A stretch of DNA of 61,909 nucleotides, the filler included. It is 3 parts of 3 records of this genome, joined end to end, with 100 filler letters (N's around TTAATTAATTAA, not from the genome) between each part and the next. Parts side by side here need not be neighbours in the genome. Positions count along the whole stretch, not along the records: positions 50,824 to 61,909 come from SRR31156797_6041; 2 more parts are not named here. One strand, 5' to 3'. A program made the position numbers and the translations under genes. Every line of letters starts with the position of its first letter. Within the stretch, counting starts at the first letter, position 1. Below, piece by piece: positions 52,641 to 61,909 of this stretch. Below the pieces are notes generated by a model. The model was not told the origin of the DNA. It searched no databases and worked only from the letters and a program-made list of their open reading frames with translations.

Positions 52641-54656
52641 ATGCTCAATAAATTCAAAGTTTTAATCATTCTTGTCGGTATGATGAGTTTGAATTTATTT
52701 GCCGGTGTTTTCTATGAAGGCGACGAATATACTGAGACTATGATGCCGTATTCATATAAGGGAAGCACTGAAACCTTTATTGTTGTTTCGGGTACGATTT
52801 CATCATTTAACGATAGTAGAATGAATACCTTTGAAATAAACGGTGTCAATATGATCAGCTCTTCAACTTTACCCGCTGCAGTCGACGGAAAAAAATATTT
52901 TATTCATTTCAAGGGCCGCAATAAGAACGCTACTATCAGTATTGAAGGGAACAATGATTGGACTAATCCGAGCATTAGCGTCAGTCACACAACGCTTTCA
53001 GGATTTGTAGCAGAGCCCGATACACCTTCTGCTGAGCAAAGTTTTACAGTCAGCGGCCAGGACCTTTCTGCCGATATCGACCTAAACGCTCCGACGAATT
53101 ATGAAATATCCACTAGCTCAGGAAGCGGATATGCTTCTTCCCTTATCTTAACACCCAGTGGAAGTACACTAAACTCCACGACCATCTATGTTCGATTAAA
53201 ATCCGGTTTAACTGCAGGATCCTATAATGGAGAGGATATAACGATCAGTAGTCCTGACGTAAGTGATCAAACTATCACGTGCAATGGTAGTGTACAAATT
53301 CCAAGTCCAAATCTAACTGTGAGTCCCACAACATTAACTGGATTTATAGCAGAACCCGATACAACTTCGCTTGAGCAGAGTTTTACGGTAAGTGGTCAGG
53401 ACCTCACGGCGAATATCAGTTTGAGTGCTCCGGCGAACTATGAAATATCCACTACCTCAGAAAGCAGCTTTAGCTCATCCCTTACTTTGGCGCATAGCGG
53501 CGGCACACTAAGTTCTACAAGCATTTATGTCCGTTTAAGATCCGGCTTATCTGCGGGATCATATAATGGAGAGAACATTACGATCAGTACGAGCGGCACT
53601 AGCGATCAAACTGTTACTTGCAGTGGTGATGTCATAGAAAATCCAAGTCCAAGCATTAATGTAAGCTCATCATCTCTTTCAGGGTTTAACTATATGAATG
53701 GTAACGGACCATCTTCAGAATATTCTTTTACAGTGGGTGGTCAGGCACTTACAGCGGACATCAGTTTGAGTGCTCCAACGAATTATGAAATATCCACTAC
53801 CTCGGGAAGCGGATTTGCTTCATCCCTTGTTTTGATGCAAAGTGGAGGCATTGTAAACTCCACAAGCATTTATGTTCGATTAAGATCCGGTTTGCCTGTA
53901 GGATCTTATGATGGTGAAGACCTTATGATAAGTACTGCAGGTGCGAGTGATGAAATTGTCACATTCAATGGAGAAGTAACAGAAATTCCAAGTCCAAGCA
54001 TGAGTGTTACCCCAACAACGCTTACCGGCTTTACAACAAATTCTGATACTCCTTCTCCGGAACAAAGTTTTACAGTCAGTGGTCAGGATCTCATGATGGA
54101 TATCAATTTAAGTGCACCGACAAATTATGAGATATCCACTACCTCAGGAAGTGGATTTGCTACGTCTCTTACCCTAATACCTAGCGGAGGTACACTAAAC
54201 TCCACAACAATATATGTTCGATTAAGATCCGGTTTGTCTGCGGGATCTTATAATGGAGAAAGTATTACGATAAGCACATATGGAGCAAGTAATGAGATCG
54301 TAACATGCAGCGGTGTTGTAGAAAATTCAACTGTGATCAATTGGAATGGTAATGATTATATCTTTATTGAAATGCCCTACAGCTACGATGGAGGTGATGT
54401 TACACGCATATACACCTATGGAAAGATCACTTCCTTCAGTACAAATAACAAGATAAGTTCCCTTGAGATCAACGGACAAACATTTGCGATCAATCAAACC
54501 CACACGGACCCGCCTTCAACCATTGATCAAAAGTATTTTATTACAATTACTCCTAAAAATAGCCGTGGGCATTTTGAGATCGATGGCACGACAGCTCTCA
54601 TCAGCTATGTATTAAATATTAAGCTTATGCTTCAGGGCGCATTAACCTCACTCTAG
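52641..54656 (+). CDS. Secreted protein: degenerate CBM64-like module + four ~113-aa Ig-like repeats + CBM64-like module
   Basis: Signal peptide; four SFTVxGQxL..I.LxAPxNYEIS...IYVRL.SGL..GSY.GE repeats; terminal modules match the upstream paralogue. Confidence 0.72.
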   Translation: MLNKFKVLIILVGMMSLNLFAGVFYEGDEYTETMMPYSYKGSTETFIVVSGTISSFNDSRMNTFEINGVNMISSSTLPAAVDGKKYFIHFKGRNKNATISIEGNNDWTNPSISVSHTTLSGFVAEPDTPSAEQSFTVSGQDLSADIDLNAPTNYEISTSSGSGYASSLILTPSGSTLNSTTIYVRLKSGLTAGSYNGEDITISSPDVSDQTITCNGSVQIPSPNLTVSPTTLTGFIAEPDTTSLEQSFTVSGQDLTANISLSAPANYEISTTSESSFSSSLTLAHSGGTLSSTSIYVRLRSGLSAGSYNGENITISTSGTSDQTVTCSGDVIENPSPSINVSSSSLSGFNYMNGNGPSSEYSFTVGGQALTADISLSAPTNYEISTTSGSGFASSLVLMQSGGIVNSTSIYVRLRSGLPVGSYDGEDLMISTAGASDEIVTFNGEVTEIPSPSMSVTPTTLTGFTTNSDTPSPEQSFTVSGQDLMMDINLSAPTNYEISTTSGSGFATSLTLIPSGGTLNSTTIYVRLRSGLSAGSYNGESITISTYGASNEIVTCSGVVENSTVINWNGNDYIFIEMPYSYDGGDVTRIYTYGKITSFSTNNKISSLEINGQTFAINQTHTDPPSTIDQKYFITITPKNSRGHFEIDGTTALISYVLNIKLMLQGALTSL

Positions 54657-54720
54657 AAAATTCATACTACATTAAAAAAGAGACGCGTTTTAGCGCCTCT
54701 TTACAATATTCTATAAATTT

Positions 54721-54754
54721 ACTCGTCACCCGTCACTCGTCACTCGTCACTCGT
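54721..54754. repeat. Heptamer tandem repeat (ACTCGTC)n overlapping the antiporter stop codon
   Basis: actcgtc acccgtc actcgtc actcgtc actcgt. Confidence 0.85.
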
Positions 54755-56005
54755 TTCTATCTCTCCGGCTTTTTTCAAAGCGATCCTTGTCAGAATTGGT
54801 CCGATGATCTCAAAGAATAAACAGGTTGCCGTCACTGTAGTAATGACTGTTGCCCCAATATAATCACCTGTCGTTTGCCCATTGGCCAGAACTTTGCCTA
54901 ATCCGCTGAATTCATGTTTAACGATAAGTGCAAGTCCGATAGCAACACCGGCTTGAGATAGAATACCCAATCCGATCCAGTTCCTGATCTTTTTATCAAC
55001 ATGGCCAAATAAAGCACCTAAACGCGAACCGAAGATCAAGCCTCCGGAGCGTGCAAGGATGTATGCGAGGCCAAATAATCCAAGTGAGCCCAAAGCATCA
55101 ATATGAAGATTTGCACCCGCCAGGGTGAAGAAAAGGATGAATAATAACGGCATGTAAGAAGGAAGACGATCGTGTATTCGCCTGATAAGATCATATGGCT
55201 GGGTATTAACAACGACCATACCGATGATCATATTGGTCAAGATCAATGAGAGATGAAATAATGTGCTGACACCAATGCCAATAAATACCACGCCCATCAG
55301 CAAAATGGATACATCGCCCGACGTTTTCAATTTTTTAGCAAGCAAAGAGAAGATCAACGCAAGTCCACCACCGGCTAAAATACTTAAAAGAACTTCTTTT
55401 AAGGGAACCCACATCATTGCCCAGAAATTTGTATCCACATGCCCTGTTTGTTGATCCAGTATGTTTTTTGCTATTGCTGCTGCAAAACCAAAGATAATGA
55501 TGCCAAGACCATCATCAAAACCCACAACAGCATATAAAGCGCGAGTTAAGGGGCCTTTAGCCTTGTATTCCTGAATAACTGCAACGGTACCTGCCGGGGC
55601 AGATGCCGGAGCAATACCACCAAAGATCAATGCCATGGGCATATTTTTGGTAACAAGATAAACTGCGGCTGTTACTAAAATAAAAGCACCGAAGGATTCG
55701 GCAATGATAATGCCGGCCATGCCTTTGCCAAGTTCTTTTAAGGTTGTAAATTTTAATTCAAGCCCGATGCTTAATGCAACAAATCCCAACGCGATCTCAG
55801 TAATAAAACTGAGTTGGCTTTGCTCTACATCACCTAATACACCCAATAAGGAAGGGCCTAAAATTACCCCGAGCAGCATAAATCCGATCAGGGAGGGTAG
55901 TTTTATCAATTTTACCGCTCTACCCAGATAAAAAGCGGCGATTATTATTCCGCCGATTATCAGTAAAGTCGGTAAATCATGTATAGATTGAAGAAAATTG
56001 TTCAT
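54740..56005 (-). CDS. Cation:proton antiporter (CPA family)
   Basis: About 12 TM; SAPAGTVAVIQE, VGFDDG, FFTLAGANLH, QAGVAIGL. Confidence 0.88.
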   Translation of the reverse strand: MNNFLQSIHDLPTLLIIGGIIIAAFYLGRAVKLIKLPSLIGFMLLGVILGPSLLGVLGDVEQSQLSFITEIALGFVALSIGLELKFTTLKELGKGMAGIIIAESFGAFILVTAAVYLVTKNMPMALIFGGIAPASAPAGTVAVIQEYKAKGPLTRALYAVVGFDDGLGIIIFGFAAAIAKNILDQQTGHVDTNFWAMMWVPLKEVLLSILAGGGLALIFSLLAKKLKTSGDVSILLMGVVFIGIGVSTLFHLSLILTNMIIGMVVVNTQPYDLIRRIHDRLPSYMPLLFILFFTLAGANLHIDALGSLGLFGLAYILARSGGLIFGSRLGALFGHVDKKIRNWIGLGILSQAGVAIGLALIVKHEFSGLGKVLANGQTTGDYIGATVITTVTATCLFFEIIGPILTRIALKKAGEIETSDE

Positions 56006-56018
56006 TCAAGTATGTCCT

Positions 56019-56831
56019 CTATATATCAATTCCACCGAAGAAGAAGTTTAGCGGATGTGAGGTGATCAGAACTTTTGATCCGCAATCCAGTTTTTTAATG
56101 ATCATTCCAACCTTACGAAGCGTGTCGTTAACATAAACTGTGTTTACAACCGCAAGGATAAGTCGATGGAATCCCTTGTGTTCTTCATTCATGAAATGTG
56201 AAAATAGGGGAAGGGCATAGAGGTATTTACCGACATTATTTCCATCAATGACGGAAACGTGTGCATCTTTAACTTCTGCGAACAGTTCCAGAATATGGTC
56301 AAAAGCTTTGGAATCCTGAATATGGAGGGTAAGCTGTGAATATTCTTCCGGAAGTTCATCTTCATTGTTCCATTGTCCGTATTCACTGAATTTATTAAAG
56401 AAATCTGCTGTTGTTTTTTGTTTGTTCAATTCGTCCAAGTGAGCGGGGACTTTAAGGACCTTGGCGATCTCAGACAGAATACGAATATGTTCATTACGTT
56501 TTTTGAAGGGTGCGATGATATAGATAAATAAATTCACAGGTTTTCCGTCTAAAGCATCGTATTCCACACCTTCATCGGAAGATAATACGCCGATCACGAA
56601 TGAATCGATGTCCTTGACCGTACAGTGAGGGATGGCGATCCCGTCTCCAAAACCGGTTGAACCGACCGATTCACGTGCTTTCAGGCTTTTATAAAGCTGA
56701 TCTTTGTCAATTCCCTTCAAAGCATCGGACATTACGGCTGAAGCGGCGATCTCTTTAAGAATATCGTCCTTGCTTTTCGCGCTTGTCTTCGCGCTTTTGG
56801 GCTTTAAGTTGTAATACTGTTCCAAATTCAT
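56019..56831 (-). CDS. PTS EIIA (Ntr/fructose-type) protein with C-terminal PII-like domain
   Basis: RESVGSTGFGDGIAIPH; extra ~100-aa alpha/beta C-terminal domain (PII-like call is tentative). Confidence 0.78.
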   Translation of the reverse strand: MNLEQYYNLKPKSAKTSAKSKDDILKEIAASAVMSDALKGIDKDQLYKSLKARESVGSTGFGDGIAIPHCTVKDIDSFVIGVLSSDEGVEYDALDGKPVNLFIYIIAPFKKRNEHIRILSEIAKVLKVPAHLDELNKQKTTADFFNKFSEYGQWNNEDELPEEYSQLTLHIQDSKAFDHILELFAEVKDAHVSVIDGNNVGKYLYALPLFSHFMNEEHKGFHRLILAVVNTVYVNDTLRKVGMIIKKLDCGSKVLITSHPLNFFFGGIDI

Positions 56832-56842
56832 GGTCTCTTCCT

Positions 56843-59002
56843 TTATTTGATAAAGAAGTTCAGAACTTCTTTTTTGTTTTTACATCTTAAAAGTTTTTCA
56901 ACCGCTTCTGGGGAATAGAGTTTTTTACTGATCTCGGATAGCAGTTGAATATGAGGCTCAGCTGTATGTTTTCTGGATACAACACAAATAAATACTCGAG
57001 AGAGCTGCCCATCCAGAGATTGAAAATCTGCACCTTCGGGTTTTAAACCCACAGCCATGGTCATGTGTTTGACGGCATCAGTCTTGCCATGCGGCAATGC
57101 AATACCGTTTTGCATACCGGTACTCATGACCTTTTCTCTATCCATAATGGCATTCAGGGCTTCTTCTTTGTCGACCAGAAGATGATTTTCGTCAAGCACA
57201 TCCACCAGACTGGTAATAATTCCGTCCTTATCATTGGATTCAAGATGCATGATAATGCAATCGGGGTGCAGGATCTTGTCCAATGCCAATCTCATTTTTC
57301 CCTCTTTACTCATATGTTCCTGTTCGTTCTGTAATTCCTGTTTCAATTCTGCGGGTTTGGCAACTGTTTTGATCTCTTCTATGGCTTTATTCAGGTCTAA
57401 CAATGTTTCGTACATGATATTTTTAACATAAGGTACATCATCGGGTTGAGTAGAGAACGAGATGCTTTTTTGGGAAAAACTGAAAGAGAAGAAGGTATTT
57501 AAACGCCGTACGTGATAAATATGCTTTTCACCTTCGATCAAGTTGATAAAAAAGCCTTCCTCGCGAAAATAGCGGACCAATTTTGTTGCAATAAGATCAG
57601 TGATCTCTTCAGAAGGGAATGAATAGTCCGTTTGTACATGTTCATTGAACACAACGCCCTTTTTTACACCTGGTTTTTTACTTTTTAGCATTTTATCAAG
57701 CTGGACGGGGGCAAGTAGAGAAGTAATAAAGACCATGGCAACAGCCACACCGGATAATTCGTCCGTTAAAATCCCATATGAAAGTCCGATACCGATAATG
57801 ATCAGGGCAACTTCACCGCGAGGCACCATGCCAACACCGATCCTCATGGCTCCGGCATGATTGAATTTAAAGAAACGCGCCGGAATACCACTTCCGATAA
57901 CTTTAGCCAGATAAGCGGTGACGGTATAGACCAATCCAAAAATGATAATTGATTTTTCACCAAAAACCCTGAAATTAACGAACATACCTGAAATACAGAA
58001 AAAGATCGGAACGAAAAATTCCGTAATATTATGCAGGCTTTCCTGGATGACATAGGAAAGATCCGTTTTAGACAATGACAGTCCCATGACATAGGCACCG
58101 ATGATCATAGCGAGTCCGGCAGATTCAAATATTCCTGCCAGAAGTAATGCCAGTCCAAAAGCCATGATGCCGACTGAGCTCTGGTGCTTGAAAGTTTTTA
58201 GATATTTACTAATAAATTTTGCAAAGACCAATCCGAGTGCCGTAAAAGCAAGCCACACGACCAGTGCTTTAATTGATATTCTGCCCACATTCGCCCAGTC
58301 CAAGGTCCCGTTCCCGCTTCCGACCAATCCGATCACGATCGCAAGCATGATAATGCCTAGAACATCATCAATAACGGCGGATCCAAGAATAGTTACACCT
58401 TCGGGAGAATTGATCTTCTTTCGGGTGGATAGAATCCTCGCAGTAATTCCCACAGAGGTTGCCGTGGATATAACACCAAGGAACAAGGCTTGGGGATGCA
58501 TAAAAGGAATATCCATGAACTTGGCTGCCACACCGGCTCCCAAAGCAAATGAAAAAAGCACACCGAAACCACCGATCACCAGACTGGGGATGGAAAAACG
58601 CAAAAACAGATTGATATCGGTTTCCAATCCGACCATGAACAGCAAAAGGATGGATGCGATCATGGAAAATCCATAAAGCTCAGGTGAAACGGGTAATGCG
58701 GCTCCCGGATTAAGATGCAGAAATTCCCCGAAAAGTCCGTTTGGAAAGCCCGGGAGAGAGATCCCGCCCAATAAATAGGGACCAATAATAATTCCGGCGA
58801 ACAATTCGCCGATCACTTCAGGTAAATTCAGCTTTTTGAATAATTTTCCGGTATACTTTGCCGCAAAAAGAATAACAGCCAGTTGAAACACCAGCATCAT
58901 CATTTTATGGATCATATTATCACCCGAATCTGAGGCAAAGACCAGAGAGGGAATAAGCAGTGCAGCTAAAATAACTGGAATATATTTTTTGTGATCTTTC
59001 AT
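56843..59002 (-). CDS. CPA2 (NapA/KefB-like) antiporter fused to PTS EIIA domain
   Basis: ATSVGIT, AVIDDVLG, GMVPRGEV; C-terminal REKVMSTGMQNGIALPH. Confidence 0.88.
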   Translation of the reverse strand: MKDHKKYIPVILAALLIPSLVFASDSGDNMIHKMMMLVFQLAVILFAAKYTGKLFKKLNLPEVIGELFAGIIIGPYLLGGISLPGFPNGLFGEFLHLNPGAALPVSPELYGFSMIASILLLFMVGLETDINLFLRFSIPSLVIGGFGVLFSFALGAGVAAKFMDIPFMHPQALFLGVISTATSVGITARILSTRKKINSPEGVTILGSAVIDDVLGIIMLAIVIGLVGSGNGTLDWANVGRISIKALVVWLAFTALGLVFAKFISKYLKTFKHQSSVGIMAFGLALLLAGIFESAGLAMIIGAYVMGLSLSKTDLSYVIQESLHNITEFFVPIFFCISGMFVNFRVFGEKSIIIFGLVYTVTAYLAKVIGSGIPARFFKFNHAGAMRIGVGMVPRGEVALIIIGIGLSYGILTDELSGVAVAMVFITSLLAPVQLDKMLKSKKPGVKKGVVFNEHVQTDYSFPSEEITDLIATKLVRYFREEGFFINLIEGEKHIYHVRRLNTFFSFSFSQKSISFSTQPDDVPYVKNIMYETLLDLNKAIEEIKTVAKPAELKQELQNEQEHMSKEGKMRLALDKILHPDCIIMHLESNDKDGIITSLVDVLDENHLLVDKEEALNAIMDREKVMSTGMQNGIALPHGKTDAVKHMTMAVGLKPEGADFQSLDGQLSRVFICVVSRKHTAEPHIQLLSEISKKLYSPEAVEKLLRCKNKKEVLNFFIK

Positions 59003-59005
59003 TGT

Positions 59006-59416
59006 CTATTTGATCTCTTTTTGCATCACTGTGATCTCAATGACCTGATGAAGAATATAAAAACCGATAAAAGTAAAAATAAAGGGCAGAGGTTCTACGA
59101 TCCCGGTTAGAATTGCTGTAATAAGCAAAATAGCCATAACGATGAACCTGGAAATAGTCCAATTCTTGACATTGTTCATCATTTCTTTGTAAGTACGTTT
59201 TCCCTGCTCTCGTTTAGATACAAGATAGGCAATGATCGCATTGGTCAAGCTAATCCCTGCAGGAATAAGTGTTTCAAGGGTTCTCTCTCCTCGACCGAGC
59301 GAAAGCAGAATAAGCAATAATATTGCAGTGGAAAGAAGGATGAGAACGTAGAAGCGCCATTTAACCCAGAGCGGGTTTTCGGTCTTATTTTTTCTTTCTT
59401 TTTCGAAGCCCTTCAT
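59006..59416 (-). CDS. Four-TM hypothetical membrane protein (AtpI-like topology)
   Basis: Four hydrophobic segments; GAGG Shine-Dalgarno upstream. Confidence 0.6.
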   Translation of the reverse strand: MKGFEKERKNKTENPLWVKWRFYVLILLSTAILLLILLSLGRGERTLETLIPAGISLTNAIIAYLVSKREQGKRTYKEMMNNVKNWTISRFIVMAILLITAILTGIVEPLPFIFTFIGFYILHQVIEITVMQKEIK

Positions 59417-59449
59417 AGCATTACCTCACCGCGCTGAAAATAACATTAA

Positions 59450-59475
59450 AAAAGGCAAAAGGCAAAAGGCAAAAG
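59450..59475. repeat. Heptamer tandem repeat (AAAAGGC)n
   Basis: aaaaggc aaaaggc aaaaggc aaaag. Confidence 0.75.
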
Positions 59476-59560
59476 AAAAAAAATTAGGTGTAAAGGTGGG
59501 GAGGAAGAAAAATAAAATTTGTGATACGGATCACATCTTAAAAATTCACGTTGAAACTTA

Positions 59561-60178
59561 TTGAAATTTATTCTTTATTTTGGGATAGGACGAGGATTAT
59601 ACAAGAATAAATATCGAACAAAATCTTTGCGTTTGTCATGGTGGGATTATTCCCAAGACGGTGATTATTTTATCACAATAAGAAATAATCATAAGGGCAA
59701 TATTTTTGGGGAAATATTTAATGATGAAATTGAATTAAACAAACGTGGCAAAATTGTGAAAAAATACATATTGGAAATACCGGATCATTTTGAAAATGTA
59801 ATTTTGCGAACATGGGTTTTAATGCCTGATCACGTTCATCTTTTACTACGAATTCGTAATAAACGAATGTTGGTAGAGGCGCAGCAATGCTGCGTCTTTA
59901 AAGGTGAAGACACCGAGACGCAACGGTGTTGCGTCTCTACCCACAAGCAAGAAGTGAGCACCCGAAGAACATTTTATAATTTAAAACCGAAATCAATTCC
60001 GGTTATAATCCGTTCATTTAAATCGGCGTGTTCACGTAAGATTCATGAAATTGAGAATAACAAACAATTCAAATGGCAAAAATCATTTTATGATAAAGTT
60101 ATTTTTAATAATCAAGTTTTACAAGAGATTGAATTATACATTGATAATAATCCCAAATATCACCACATAAAAAAATGA
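59561..60178 (+). mobile_element. REP-associated tyrosine (Y1/HUH) transposase, RAYT; start codon uncertain
   Basis: SLRLSWWDYS..YFIT, MPDHVH (HUH), IRSFKS, WQKSFYD..I, YIDNNP; internal and downstream GAGACG..CGTCTC palindromes. Confidence 0.85.
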
Positions 60179-60221
60179 CGCGATTCATCGCGTCTTGAAT
60201 TATGCTTATTTTAAAGGTAGC

Positions 60222-60533
60222 TTATTCTTCCTCAATAACTTTATATACCTTTTCTCCGGGCTTTACCATGTTGTATTGTTCCCGGGCGGTCTTTTCGATA
60301 TATTTTTTATCGTTCTGGAGCTTTTCTTTTACTTCATTCAGCCCGGTTTCCTGAGCTTCGAGTTCTTCTTTTTTTTCGATGAGTTCCGTGTTCTCTTTTT
60401 TTTCCTGAAAGAGTCGGATCAAGCCGTTATTATTGAAGAGGAGAAAAGCGATACACAGCAGAATGACGATCAGGATGATCTTGATCCGGATGGATGAGTT
60501 GATGAGCGGTTTTTTATCTCTGTGTATAGCCAT
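60222..60533 (-). CDS. ftsB: Septum formation initiator FtsB/DivIC
   Basis: TM + coiled coil + YIEKTAREQYNMVKPGE; downstream of eno. Confidence 0.85.
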   Translation of the reverse strand: MAIHRDKKPLINSSIRIKIILIVILLCIAFLLFNNNGLIRLFQEKKENTELIEKKEELEAQETGLNEVKEKLQNDKKYIEKTAREQYNMVKPGEKVYKVIEEE

Positions 60534-60542
60534 AATAAAATA

Positions 60543-60574
60543 AAAGAGCGGAAGATAAAGTTCTTCCGCTCTTT
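60543..60574 (-). terminator. Hairpin after eno
   Basis: aaagagcggaaga...tcttccgctcttt. Confidence 0.7.
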
Positions 60575-60588
60575 ATATGTTGGGTCAA

Positions 60589-61908
<1,320 letters not shown>

Positions 61909-61909
61909 A

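Noticed and set aside
52966-54320. Diversity-generating retroelement template/variable repeats
   Set aside because: These are in-frame protein domain repeats with general divergence, not adenine-specific; no reverse transcriptase
58101-58676. 191-aa plus-strand ORF and the other short ORFs overlapping long genes (e.g. 60195-60497, 60665-61057, 22378-22767)
   Set aside because: Antisense or off-frame shadows of well-supported genes, with no motifs of their own

Overview
The window is three unrelated contigs joined by artificial 100-bp linkers (44 N + TTAATTAATTAA + 44 N at 28856-28955 and 50724-50823), so no synteny can be inferred across those gaps. Contigs 1 and 2 look like Bacteroidota: SusC/SusD, T9SS C-terminal domains, TAnnTTTG promoters and no clear Shine-Dalgarno sequences. 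Contig 1 carries nth, tRNA-Arg(TCT), an S74-chaperone fibre-like protein, a SpoIIE sensor phosphatase, rtcB, ligA, a cyanophycinase and a SusCD pair. It also has an ActP-type transporter cluster ending in an unusual membrane Cache-PAS-CBS-DUF294 nucleotidyltransferase next to a metallophosphoesterase. Contig 2 opens with an AT-rich accessory/defence region: lipoprotein, trypsin-like protease, an unannotated 40-aa peptide, PIN nuclease, a Septu-like ABC-ATPase/HNH pair and a GHKL-nuclease fusion. It continues with a His-rich RAPP leader upstream of a TonB-dependent receptor and a three-gene cassette flanked by a 74-bp direct repeat. Contig 3 has TTGACA/TATAAT promoters and strong Shine-Dalgarno sites and probably comes from another lineage. 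It encodes two secreted CBM64-like repeat proteins sharing a C-terminal motif, a PTS-EIIA-coupled antiporter operon, a RAYT transposase, ftsB and eno. All family calls come from motif recognition by eye; no database searches were run.
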